From Hemiscyllium ocellatum (Eukaryota): 64,000 nucleotides of DNA. The position numbers and the translations under genes are program-made. The stretch is taken from positions 1 through 64,000 of the forward strand of contig NW_026869227.1 in assembly GCF_020745735.1 (NCBI RefSeq), written 5' to 3'. The notes below the pieces were generated by a model, which saw nothing but the letters and a program-made list of their open reading frames with translations, did no database searches and was not told the origin of the DNA. Shown here piece after piece: positions 48,501-61,100 of the stretch. Numbering within the stretch: the stretch's first letter is position 1; the number at the start of each line of letters is the position of its first letter.

Positions 48501-51500
48501 ACAAGGTGAACACGGGAGAGACTGCAGTCAGACTGCAACAGGGTGAACACAGGTGAGAGTGTACAGTCAGACAGGAACAAGGTGAACACAGGCGAGAGAC
48601 TACAGTCAGACTGCAACACGGTGAACACAGGTGAAAGATTACAGTCACACACCAAGGTGAGCACACAGACAATAGTGTACAGTCAGACAGAAACAAGGTG
48701 AACACAGGCAAGAGACTACAGTCACACAGCAACAATGTGAACACAGGTGAGAGACTACAGTCAGGAACAAGGTGAACACACAGGCGAGAGACTACAGTCA
48801 CACAGCAACAAGGTGAACAGGTGAGACTACAGTCAGACAGGAACAAGGTGAACACAGGCGAGAGACCAGAGTCAGACCGGAACAAGGTGAACACAGGCGA
48901 GAGACTACAGTCACACAGCAACAAGGTGAGCACACAGATGATAGTGTATAGTCCGACAGGAACAAGGTGAACACAGGCGAAAGACTACAGTCACACGGCA
49001 ACAAGGTGAACAGGTGAGAGACTATAGTCACCACATCAAAGTGAACACAGGCAAGAGACTACAGTCGCACATCAACAAGGTCAGCACACAGACAATAGTG
49101 TACAGTCAGACAGCAACGATGTGAACACAGGCGAGAGACTACAGTCGCACATCAACAAGGTGAGCACACAGACGATAATGTACAGTCAGACAGGAACGAG
49201 GTGAACACAGATGAGAGTGTACAGACAGGAACAATGTGAACACAGGCGAGAGACTACAGTCAGACAGCAAAGTGACACGAGCGAGAGACTACAGTCACAC
49301 AGCAACAAAGTGAACACAATAGTGTACAGTCAGGAACAAGGTGAACACGGGAGAGACTGCAGTCAGACTGCAACAGGGTGACACAGGTGAGAGTGTACAG
49401 TCAGACAGGAACAAGGTGAACACAGGCGAGAGACTACAGTCAGACTGCAACACGGTGAACACAGGTGAAAGATTACAGTCACACACCAAGGTGAGCACAC
49501 AGACAATAGTGTACAGTCAGACAGAAACAAGGTGAACACAGGCAAGAGACTACAGTCACACAGCAACAATGTGAACACAGGTGAGAGACTACAGTCAGGA
49601 ACAAGGTGAACACACAGGCGAGAGACTACAGTCACACAGCAACAAGGTGAACAGGTGAGACTACAGTCAGACAGGAACAAGGTGAACACAGGCGAGAGAC
49701 CAGAGTCAGACCGGAACAAGGTGAACACAGGCGAGAGACTACAGTCACACAGCAACAAGGTGAGCACACAGATGATAGTGTATAGTCCGACAGGAACAAG
49801 GTGAACACAGGCGAAAGACTACAGTCACACGGCAACAAGGTGAACAGGTGAGAGACTATAGTCACCACATCAAAGTGAACACAGGCAAGAGACTACAGTC
49901 GCACATCAACAAGGTCAGCACACAGACAATAGTGTACAGTCAGACAGCAACGATGTGAACACAGGCGAGAGACTACAGTCGCACATCAACAAGGTGAGCA
50001 CACAGACGATAATGTACAGTCAGACAGGAACGAGGTGAACACACAGATGAGAGTGTACAGACAGGAACAATGTGAACACAGGCGAGAGACTACAGTCAGA
50101 CAGCAAAGTGACACGAGCGAGAGACTACAGTCACACAGCAACAAAATGAACACACAATAGTGTACAGTCAGGAACAGGGTGAACACGGGAGAGACTGCAG
50201 TCAGACAGCAACAGGGTGAACACAGGTGAGAGTGTACAGTCAGACAGGAACAAGGTGAACACAGGCGAGAGACTACAGTCAGACTGCAACACGGTGAACA
50301 CAGGTGAAAGATTACAGTCACACACCAAGGTGAGCACACAGACAATAGTGTACAGTCAGACAGGGACGAGGTGAACACCGGTGAGAGGCTACAGTCAGAC
50401 TGCAACAAGGTGAACACATAAGCGAGAGACAACAGTCACACAGGAACCAGGTGAACACAGGTGACAGACTACAGTCAGACAGCAACAAGGTGAACACACA
50501 GGCGAAAGACTACAGTCACACAGCAACAAGGTGAACACAGATGATAGTGTATAGTCAGACAGGAACAAGGTGAACACAGGCGAAAGACTACAGTCACACG
50601 GCAACAAGGTGAACAGGTGAGACTATAGTCACCGCATCAAAGTGAACACAGGCGAGAGACTACAGTCACACAGCAACAAGGTGAACACATAAGCGAGAGA
50701 CAACAGTCAGACAGGAACAAGGTGAACACAGGCGAGAGACTACAGTCAGACAGCAACAAGGTGAGCACACAGACTATAGTGTACAGTCAGACAGGAACGA
50801 GGTGAACACCAGCGAGAGGCTACAGTCAGACAGGGACAAGGTGAACGCACAGGTGAGAGACTACAGTCACTCAGCAACAAGGTGAGCACACAGACGATAG
50901 TGTACAGTCATACAGGAACGAGGTGAACACCAGTGAGAGGCTACAGTCAGACATGAACAAGGTGAACACATAAGCGAGAGACAACAGTCAGACAGGAACA
51001 AGGTGAGCACAGGCGAGAGACGACAGGCAGACAGGAACAATGTGAACACAGGCGAGAGACTACAGTCACACAGGAACCAGGTGAACACAGGTGAGAGACT
51101 ACAGTCAGACAGGAACAAAGTGAACACAGGCGAAAGACTACAGTCACACAGCAACAAGGTGAACACACAGATGATAGTGTATAGTCAGACAGGAACAAGG
51201 TGAACACAGGCGAAAGACTACAGTCACACGGCAACAAGGTGAACAGGTGAGAGACTATAGTCACCGCATCAAAGTGAACACAGGCGAGAGACTACAGTCA
51301 CACAGCAACAAGGTGAACACATACGTGAGAGACAACAGTCAGACAGGAACAAGGTGAACACAGGCGAGAGACTACAGTCAGACAGCAACAAGGTGAGCAC
51401 ACAGACTATAGTGTACAGTCAGACAGGAACGAGGTGAACACCAGCAAGAGGCTACAGTCAGACAGGGACAAGGTGAACGCACAGGTGAGAGACTACAGTC

Positions 51501-52130
51501 ACTCAGCAACAAGGTGAACACACAGACGATAGTGTACAGTCATACAGGAACGAGGTGAACACCAGTGAGAGGCTACAATCAGACATGAACAAGGTGAACA
51601 CATAAGCGAGAGACAACAGTCAGACAGGAACAAGGTGAACACAGGCGAGAGACAACAGTCAGACAGGAACAAGGTGAACACAGGCGAAAGACTACAGTCA
51701 CACGGCAACAAGGTGAACAGGTGAGAGACTATAGTCACCGCATCAAAGTGAACACAGGTGAGAGACTACAGTCACACAGCAACAAGGCGAGCACACAGAC
51801 TATAGTGTACAGTCAGACAGGAACGAGGTGAACACCAGCGAGAGGCTACAGTCAGACAGGAACAAGGTGAACACATAAGCAAGAGACAACAGTCACTCAG
51901 CAACAAGGTGAACACAGGCGAGAGACGACAGTCAGACAGGAACAATGTGAACACAGGCGAGAGACTACAGTCAGACAGGAACAACGTGAACACAGGCAAG
52001 AGACTACAGTCAGACAGGAACCAGGTGAACACAGGCGAGAGACAACAGTCAGACAGGAACAAGGTGAGCACACAGATGATAGTGTACACTCAGACAGGAA
52101 TGAGATGAACACAGGTGAGAGACTACATTG
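42530..52130 (+). repeat. ~9.6-kb ~39-bp satellite (gagagactacagtcasacagcaacaaggtgaacacaggc) with higher-order duplications, upstream of the first ASB8 coding exon
   Basis: Directly visible. Identical or near-identical ORF-track peptides recur at offsets 698, 834-837, 1187 and 3853. Confidence 0.97.
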
Positions 52131-54075
52131 TGTGGGTATGTAAGAGTGTGTGTTGATGTGTTTGGGTGAGTGGATATGTGTCTGTGTGTGGATATGTCAG
52201 AGAGTGCGCGTGAGTGTGTTTAAGTGTCAGTGTATGTGTGGGTACGTCAGAGTGTGTGTGAGTGTGTTTATCTGAGTGTGTATGTCAGAGAGTGTGTGTA
52301 TGTGTATAACAGAGACTGTATGACAGAGTGTGTGTGTTTATCAGAGACTGGGTGTGTCAGTGTGTATATCAGAGACTCTGTGTGTGTATATCAAAGACTG
52401 TGTGTGTGTGTCAGAGACTGTGTGTGTGTTGTTATGTCAGAGTGTGTGTGTGTGTGTCAGAGACTGTGTGGGGATGTCAGAGAGAGAGTGTGTGTGTGTA
52501 TATATCAGAGACTGTGTGTGGGGATGTCAGAGAGTGTGTGTGTTTATCAGAGACTGTGTATGAGGGTGTATCAGAGAGTGTGTGGGTGTGTCAGAGAGAG
52601 TGTGTGTATATTAGAGACTGTGTGTGGGTATATTAGAGAGTGTGTGTGTGGGTGTGTCAGAGAGTGTGTGTGTTTGTGTGTGTGTGTATATTAGAGACTG
52701 TGTGTGTGGGTGTGTCAGAGAGTGTGTGTGGGTGTGTCAGAGTGTGTGTGTGTATATTAGAGACTGTGTGTGTGGGTGTGTCAGAGAGTGTGTGTGTTTG
52801 TGTGTGGGTGTATCAGAGAGAGAGTGTGTATATCAGAGACTGTGTGTGTGTGTCAGCAACAAGGTGAACACAGGCGAGAGACAACAGTCCCACAGCAACA
52901 AGGTGAACACAGATGATAGTGTACACTCAGACAGGAATGAGATGAACACAGGCGAGAGGCTACATTGTGTGGGTATGTCAGAGTGTGTGTTTATGTGTTT
53001 GGGTGAGTGGATATGTGTCTGTGTGTGGATATGTCAGAGAGTGCGCGTGAGTGTGTTTAAGTGTCAGTGTATGTGTGGGTATGTCAAAGAGAGTGCGCGT
53101 GTACGTCAGAGTGTATGTGAGTGTGTTTGTGTGTGTGTCTATGTGGGTATGTCAGAGAGTGTGTGTGAGTGTGTTTATCTGTGTGTGTGTCTATGTGGGT
53201 ATGTCAGAGTCTGTATGTGTGTGTGGGTATGTCAGAGAGTGTGTGTGAGTGTGTTTATCTGTGTGTGGGTATGTCAGAGAGTGTGTGTGGGAGTATATCA
53301 GAGACTGTGTGTGTCAGAGAGATGTGTGTGTGTATATAAGAGAGAGAGTGTGTGTGTGTATCAGAGACCGTATGTGTGTGTATATCAGAGACTGTGTGTG
53401 GGTGTGTCAGAGTGTGTGTGTATATCAGAGAGTGTGTGTCAGAGTGTGTGTGCGTGTGTATCAGAGACTGTGGTGTGTCAGAGAGTGTGTGTGTGTGTCA
53501 AAGAGTGTGTGTGGGTGTGTCAGAGAGAGTGTGTGGGTATATTAGAGACTGTGTGTCAGATAGTGTGTGTGTGTGTATATCAGAGACTGTGTGGGTGTGT
53601 CAGAGAGAGTGTGTGTGTCAGAGTGTGTGTGTGTATCAGAGACTGTGTGGGTGTGTCAGAGTGTTTGTGTCAGAGTGTGTGTGTGTGTGTATATCAGAGA
53701 CTGTGTGTATTTCAGAGACTGTGTGTGTCAGAGAGTGTGTGTGTGTATCAGAGACTGTGTGGGTGTGTCAGGGAGTGTGTGTGTGTGTATATCAGAGACT
53801 GTGTGTATATATCAGAGACTGTGTGGGTGTGTCAGAGACTGTGTGGGTGTATATCAGAGTGTGTGTGTGTCAGAGACTGTGTGTGTATATATCAGAGACT
53901 GTGTGGGTGTGTCAGAGAGAGTGTGTGTGAGTGTGTACATCAGAGACTGTGTGTGTGGGTATATCAGTGAGAGTGTGTGTGTGTGGGTATCAGAGATTCT
54001 GTGTGTGGGTGTATCAGTGAGAGTGTGTGTGTGTGTGAGTATCAGAGACTGTGTGTGAGTGTGTGTGTGTGTGTC
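52130..54075 (+). repeat. (GT)n-rich compound repeat with tatcagagactgtgtg motif
   Basis: Directly visible. Interrupted at ~52855-52970 by a copy of the 39-bp satellite end. Confidence 0.92.
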
Positions 54076-54262
54076 TGGGTGTGAAAGCGGGTGTGCCGGA
54101 GTGAGGGAGAGAGCCCGGCGGTTACAACAGCCTGCCCTCTCTGAGACTGACGGGCTCTGCCTTCTGGCGGGGAGAGCGAAGGGGAGACAGAGGGAGGGGA
54201 GGGGAGAGGGGGGTGAGAGCACACTGGGGGGGGGGGGAGGGTGAAGCTGGGAAGGCACCTAC

Positions 54263-54296
54263 CTTCCCGGGAGGGAGCCGGACAGCGGGCCCAGGG
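54263..54296 (-). other. Candidate small non-coding 5' exon of ASB8
   Basis: GC-rich unique island between satellites. Minus strand shows (tc)n...ttccccag|34 nt|GTAGGT with an AAG|GTAGGT donor. No transcript evidence. Confidence 0.25.
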
Positions 54297-54310
54297 CTGG
54301 GGAATCCAGC

Positions 54311-54344
<34 letters not shown>

Positions 54345-54478
54345 CAGGGGACGGGCAAGGGGGGAGGGGACGGTGCTGAGGGATGACGCTCTGTTTATTT
54401 CCACAGCTATCGCTATATCAGGCAGGGCCCAGTCTGCACAGGGAGGGGGGGAGGGGAGAGAGGGAGGGGGGGGGGGGA

Positions 54479-55048
54479 NNNNNNNNNNNNNNNNNNNNNN
54501 NNNNNNNNNNNNNNNNNNNNNNNNNNNNNNNNNNNNNNNNNNNNNNNNNNNNNNNNNNNNNNNNNNNNNNNNNNNNNNNNNNNNNNNNNNNNNNNNNNNN
54601 NNNNNNNNNNNNNNNNNNNNNNNNNNNNNNNNNNNNNNNNNNNNNNNNNNNNNNNNNNNNNNNNNNNNNNNNNNNNNNNNNNNNNNNNNNNNNNNNNNNN
54701 NNNNNNNNNNNNNNNNNNNNNNNNNNNNNNNNNNNNNNNNNNNNNNNNNNNNNNNNNNNNNNNNNNNNNNNNNNNNNNNNNNNNNNNNNNNNNNNNNNNN
54801 NNNNNNNNNNNNNNNNNNNNNNNNNNNNNNNNNNNNNNNNNNNNNNNNNNNNNNNNNNNNNNNNNNNNNNNNNNNNNNNNNNNNNNNNNNNNNNNNNNNN
54901 NNNNNNNNNNNNNNNNNNNNNNNNNNNNNNNNNNNNNNNNNNNNNNNNNNNNNNNNNNNNNNNNNNNNNNNNNNNNNNNNNNNNNNNNNNNNNNNNNNNN
55001 NNNNNNNNNNNNNNNNNNNNNNNNNNNNNNNNNNNNNNNNNNNNNNNN
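54479..55048. other. Assembly gap (570 N) flanked by G-runs
   Basis: Run of N. Confidence 0.99.
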
Positions 55049-55172
55049 GAGGGGGGGAGAGAGTGCAATCAAACCACAACAGTCAGACACAGCTCCCTCT
55101 ACACAGTCCCCCCCACTCCCAGTGATAGCAGGGGGGGTTAGATACAGGGGAAAGCTCCCTCTACACCGTCCC

Positions 55173-58100
55173 TCAGCACTGACCCTCCCTCAGCACCCAC
55201 TCCCTCAGCACTGACCCTCCCACAGCACCCACTCCCTCAGCACTGACCCTCCCACAGCACCCACTCCCTCAGCACTGACCCTCCCACAGCACCCACTCCC
55301 TCAAAACTGACCCTCCCTCAGCACTGACCCTCCCACAGCACCCACTCCCTCAGCACCCACTCCCTCAGCACCCACTCCCTCAGCACTGACCCTCCCACAG
55401 CACCCACTCCCTCAGCAGTGACCCTCCCACAGCACCCACTCCCTCAGCACTGACCCTCCCACAGCACCCGTTCCCTCAGCACTGACCCTCCCACAGCGCC
55501 CGCTCCCTCAGCACTGACCCGCCCCAGCACCCGCTCCCTCAACACTGACCGTCCCACAGCACTGACCGTCCCACTGCGCCCACTCGCTCAGTACTGACCC
55601 TCCCATAGCACCCGCTCCCTCAGCACTGACCCTCCCACAGCACCCACTCCCTCAGCACTGACCCTCCCCAGCACCCGCTCCCTCAGCACTGACCCTCCCT
55701 CAGCACTGTCCCTCCCACAGCACCCACTCCCTCAGCACTGACCCTCCCACAGCACCCGCTCCCTCAGCACCCACTCCCTCAGAACTGACCCTCCCTCAGC
55801 ACTGACCCTCCCTCAGCACCGACCCTCCCTCAGCACCCACTCCCTCAGCACTGACCCTCCCACAGCACTGACCCTCCCACAGCACCCGCTCCCTCAGTAC
55901 TGACCCTCCCATATCACCCGCTCCCTCAGCACTGACCCTCCCACAGCACCCACTCCCTCAGCACTGACCCTCCCACAGCACCCACTCCCTCAGCACTGAC
56001 CCTCTCTCAGCACTGACCCTCCCACAGCACCCGCTCCCTCAGAACTGACCCTCCCACAGCACCCGCTCCCTCAGCACTGTCCCTCCCACAGCACCCACTC
56101 CCTCAGCACTGAACCTCCCACAGCACCCGTTCCCTCAGCACTGACCCTCCCTCAGCACTGACCCTCCCTCAGCACTGACCCTCCCACAGCACCCACTCCC
56201 TCAGCACTGACCCTCTCTCAGCACTGACCCGCCCCAGCACCTGCTCCCTCAGCACTGACCCTCCCACAGCACCCGCTCCCTCAGCACTGACCCTCCCACA
56301 GCACTGACCGTCCCACTGCGCCCACTCCCTCAGCACTGACCCTCCCACAGCACCCACTCCCTCAGCACCGACCCCCTCAGCACTGACCCTCCCACAGCAC
56401 CCGCTCCCTCAACACTGACCCTCCCACAGCACTGACCGTCCCACTGCGCCCACTCGCTCAGTACTGACCCTCCCATAGCACCCGCTCCCTCAGCACTGAC
56501 CCTCCCACAGCACACACTCCCTCAGCACTGACCCTACCTCAGCACTGACCCTCCCCAGCACCCGCTCCCTCAGCACTGACCCTCCCTCAGCACTGTCCCT
56601 CCCACAGCACCCACTCCCTCAGCACTGACCCTCCCACAGCACCCGCTCCCTCAGCACCCACTCCCTCCGAACTGACCCTCCCTCAGCACTGACCCTCCTC
56701 AGCACCGACCCTCCCTCAGCACCCACTCCCTCAGCACTGACCCTCCCACAGCACTGACCCTCCCACAGCACCCGCTCCCTCAGTACTGACCCTCCCATAG
56801 CACCCGCTCCCTCAGCACTGACCCTCCCACAGCACCCACTCCCTCAGCACTGACCCTCCCACAGCACCCACTCCCTCAGCACTGACCCTCCCTCAGCACT
56901 GACCCTCCCACAGCACCTGCTCCCTCAGAACTGACCCTCCCACAGCACCCGCTCCCTCAGCACTGTCCCTCCACAGCACCCACTCCCTCAGCACTGAACC
57001 TCCCACAGCACCCGCTCCCTCAGCACTGACCCTCCCACAGCACCCGCTCTCTCAGCACCCACTCCCTCAGAACTGACCGTCCCTCAGCAATGACCCTCCC
57101 TCACCACTGACCCTCACACAGCCCCCACTACCTCAGCACCGACCCTCCCACAGCACCCACTCCCTTAGCACCCACTCCCTCAGCACCCACTCCCTCAGCA
57201 CTGACCCTCCCACAGCACTGACCCTCCCACAGCACCCGCTCCCTCAGCACTGACCCTCCCACAGCACCCACTCATTCAGCACTGACCCTCCCACAGCACC
57301 CATTCCCTCAGCACTGACCCTCCCTCAGCACTGACCCTCCCACAGCACCCACTCCCTCAGCACTGACCCTCCCTCAGCACTGACCCTCCCACAGCACCGA
57401 CCCTCCCACAGCACCACTCCCTCAGCACTGACCCTCCCACAGCACCCACTCCCTCAGCACTGACCCTCCCAAAAATCCCTCTCCCTCAGCACTGACTGTC
57501 CCACTGCGCCCACTCGCTCAGTACTGACCCTCCCACAGCACCCGCTCCCTCAGCACTGACCCTCCCACAGCACCCGCTCCCTCAGCACTGACCCTCCCAC
57601 AGCATGACCCTCCCTCAGCACTGACCGTCCCACTGCGCCCACTCCCTCACCACTGACCCTCCCACAGCACCTGCTCCCTCAGCACTGACCCTCCCACAGC
57701 ACCCGCTCCCACAGCACTGACCCTCCCACAGCACTCGCTCCCTCAGCACTGACCCTCCCACAGCACCCACTCCCTCAGCACTGACTCTCCACAGCACCCA
57801 CTCCCTCAGCACTGACCCTCCCAAAAATCCCTCTCCCTCAGCACTGACTGTCCCACTGCGCCCGCTCCCTCAGCACTGACCCTCCCCAGCACCCGCTCCC
57901 TCAGCACTGACCCTCCCACAGCACTGACCCTCCCACAGCACCTGCTCCCTCAGCACAGACCCTCCCACAGCGCCCGCTCCCTCAGCACTGACCCTCCCAC
58001 AGCACCCGCTCCCTCAGCACTGACCCTCCCACAGCACCGACTCCCTCAGCACTGACCCTCCCATAGCACCCGCTCCCTCAGCACCCACTCCCTCAGCACT

Positions 58101-61100
58101 GACCCTCCCCAGCACCCGCTCCCTCAGCACTGACCCTCCCACAGCACCGACTCCCTCAGCACTGACCCTCCCACAGCACCGACTCCCTCAGCACTGACCC
58201 TCCCACAGCACTGACTCCCACAGCACTGACCCTCCCACAGCACCCACTCCCTCAGTACTGACCCTCCCATAGCACCCGCTCCCTCAGCACTGACCCTCCC
58301 ACAGCACACACTCCCTCAGCACTGACCCTCCCACAGCACCCGCTCCCTCAGCACTGACCCTCCCACAGCACCCGCTCCCTCAGCACTGAACCTCCCACAG
58401 CACCCGCTCCCTCAGCACTGACCCTCCCACAGCACCTGCTCCCTCAGCACCCACTCCCTCAGAACTGACCCTCCCTCAGCACTGACCCTCCCTCACCACT
58501 GACCCTCACACAGCCCCCACTCCCTCAGCACTGACCCTCCCTCAGCACTGACCCTCCCACAGCACCCACTCCCTCAGCACTGACCCTCCCACAGCACCCA
58601 CTCCCTCAGCACTGACCCTCCCACAGCACCCGCTCCCACAGCACTGACCCTCCCACAGCACCGCTCCCTCAGCACTGACCCCCCCACAGCACCGCTCCCT
58701 CAGCACCCACTCCCTCAGAACTGACCCTCCCTCAGCACTGACCCTCCCTCAGCACCGACCCTCCCTCAGCACCCACCCCTCAGCACTGACCCTCCCACAC
58801 ACTGACCCTCCCACAGCACCCGCTCCCTCAGTACTGACCCTCCCATAGCACCCGCTCCCTCAGCACTGACCCTCCCACAGCACACACTCCCTCAGCACTG
58901 ACCCTCCCCAGCACCCACTCCCTCAGCACTGACCCTCCCTCAGCACTGAACCTCCCACAGCACCCGCTCCCTCAGCACTGACCCTCCCACAGCACCCGCT
59001 CCCTCAGCAGACCCTCCCACAGCACCCGCTCCCTCAGCACTGACCCTCCCACAGCACCCGCTCCCTCAGCACTGAACCTCCCACAGCACCCGCTCCCTCA
59101 GCACTGACCCTCCCACAGCACTGACCCTCCCTCACCACTGACCCTCACACAACCCCCACTACCTCAGCACCGACCCTCCCACAGCACCCACTCCCTTAGC
59201 ACCCACTCCCTCAGCACCCACTCCCTCAGCATGACCCTCCCACAGCACTGACCCTCCCACAGCACCCGCTCCCTCAGCACTGACCCTCCCACAGCACCCA
59301 CTCATTCAGCACTGACCCTCCCTCAGCACTGACCCTCCCACAGCACCACTCCCTCAGCACTGACCCTCCCTCAGCACTGGCCCTCCCACAGCACCGACCC
59401 TCCCACAGCACCCACTCCCTTAGCACCCACTCCCTCAGCACCCACTCCCTCAGCACTGACCCTCCCACAGCACTGACCCTCCCACAGCACCCGCTCCCTC
59501 AGCACTGACCCTCCCACAGCACCCACTCATTCAGCACTGACCCTCCCTCAGCACTGACCCTCCCACAGCACCCACTCCCTCAGCACTGACCCTCCTCAGC
59601 ACTGACCCTCCCACAGCACCGACCCTCCCACAGCACCCACTCCCTCAGCACCGACCCTCCCACAGCACCCACTCCCTCAGCACTGACCTCCCACAGCACC
59701 CACTCCCTCAGCACTGACCCTCCCAAAAATCCCTCTCCCTCAGCACTGACTGTCCCACTGCGCCCACTCGCTCAGTACTGACCCTCCCACAGCACCCGCT
59801 CCCTCAGCACTGACCCTCCCACAGCACCCGCTCCCTCAGCACTGACCCTCCCACAGCACCCACTCCCTCAGCACTGACTCTCCCACAGCACCCACTCCCT
59901 CAGCACTGACCCTCCCACAGCACTCGCTCCCTCAGCACTGACCCTCCCACAGCACCCACTCCCTCAGCACTCACCCTCCCACAGCACCCTCTCCCTCAGC
60001 ACTGACTGTCCCACTGCGCCCACTCGCTCAGTACTGACCCTCCCACAGCGCCCGCCCCCTCAGCACTGACCCTCCCCAGCACCCGCTCCCTCAGCACTGA
60101 CCCTCCCACAGCACCTGCTCCCTCAGCACAGACCCTCCCACAGCGCCCGCTCCCTCAGCACTGACCTCCCACAGCACCCGCTCCCTCAGCACTGACCCTC
60201 CCACAGCACTGACCCTCCCACAGCACCGCTCCCTCAGCACTGACCCTCCCACAGCACCGACTCCCTCAGCACTGACCCTCCCATAGCACCCGCTCCCTCA
60301 GCACCCACTCCCTCAGCACTGACCCTCCCCAGCACCCGCTCCCTCAGCACTGACCCTCCCACAGCACCGACTCCCTCAGCACTGACCCTCCCACAGCACC
60401 GACTCCCTCAGCACTGACCCTCCCACAGCACCCACTCCCTCAGCACCCGCTCCCTCAGCACTGACCCTCCCACAGCACACACTCCCTCAGCACTGACCGT
60501 CCCTCAGCACTGACCCTCCCACAGCACCCGCTCCCTCAGCACTGTACCTCCCACAGCACCCGCTCCCTCAACACTGACCCTCCCACAGCACCTGCTCCCT
60601 CAGCACCCACTCCCTCAGAACTGACCCTCCCTCAGCACTGACCCTCCCTCACCACTGACCCTCACACAGCCCCCACTACCTCAGCACCGACCCTCCCACA
60701 GTACCCACTCCCTTAGCACCCACTCCCTCAGCCCCCACTCCCTCAGCACTGACCCTCCCACAGCACTGACCCTCCCACAGCACCCGCTCCCTCAGCACTG
60801 ACCCTCCCACAGCACCCACTCCCTCAGCACTGACCCTCCCTCAGCACTGACCCTCCCACAGCACCCACTCCCTCAGCACTGACCCTCCCTCAGCACTGAC
60901 CCTCCCACAGCACCGACCCTCCCACAGCACCCACTCCCTCAGCACCGACCCTCCCACAGCACCCACTCCCTCAGCACTGACCCTCCCACAGCACCCACTC
61001 CCTCAGCACTGACCCTCCCACAGCATGACCCTCCCTCAGCACTGACCGTCCCACTGCGCCCACTCGCTCAGTACTGACCCTCCCAAAGGACCCGCTCCCT

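Noticed and set aside
42530-52130. Many CAGGTGAG donor-like/E-box motifs and short Cys-rich ORFs
   Set aside because: They are part of the satellite unit, antisense to ASB8, with no supporting exon structure.
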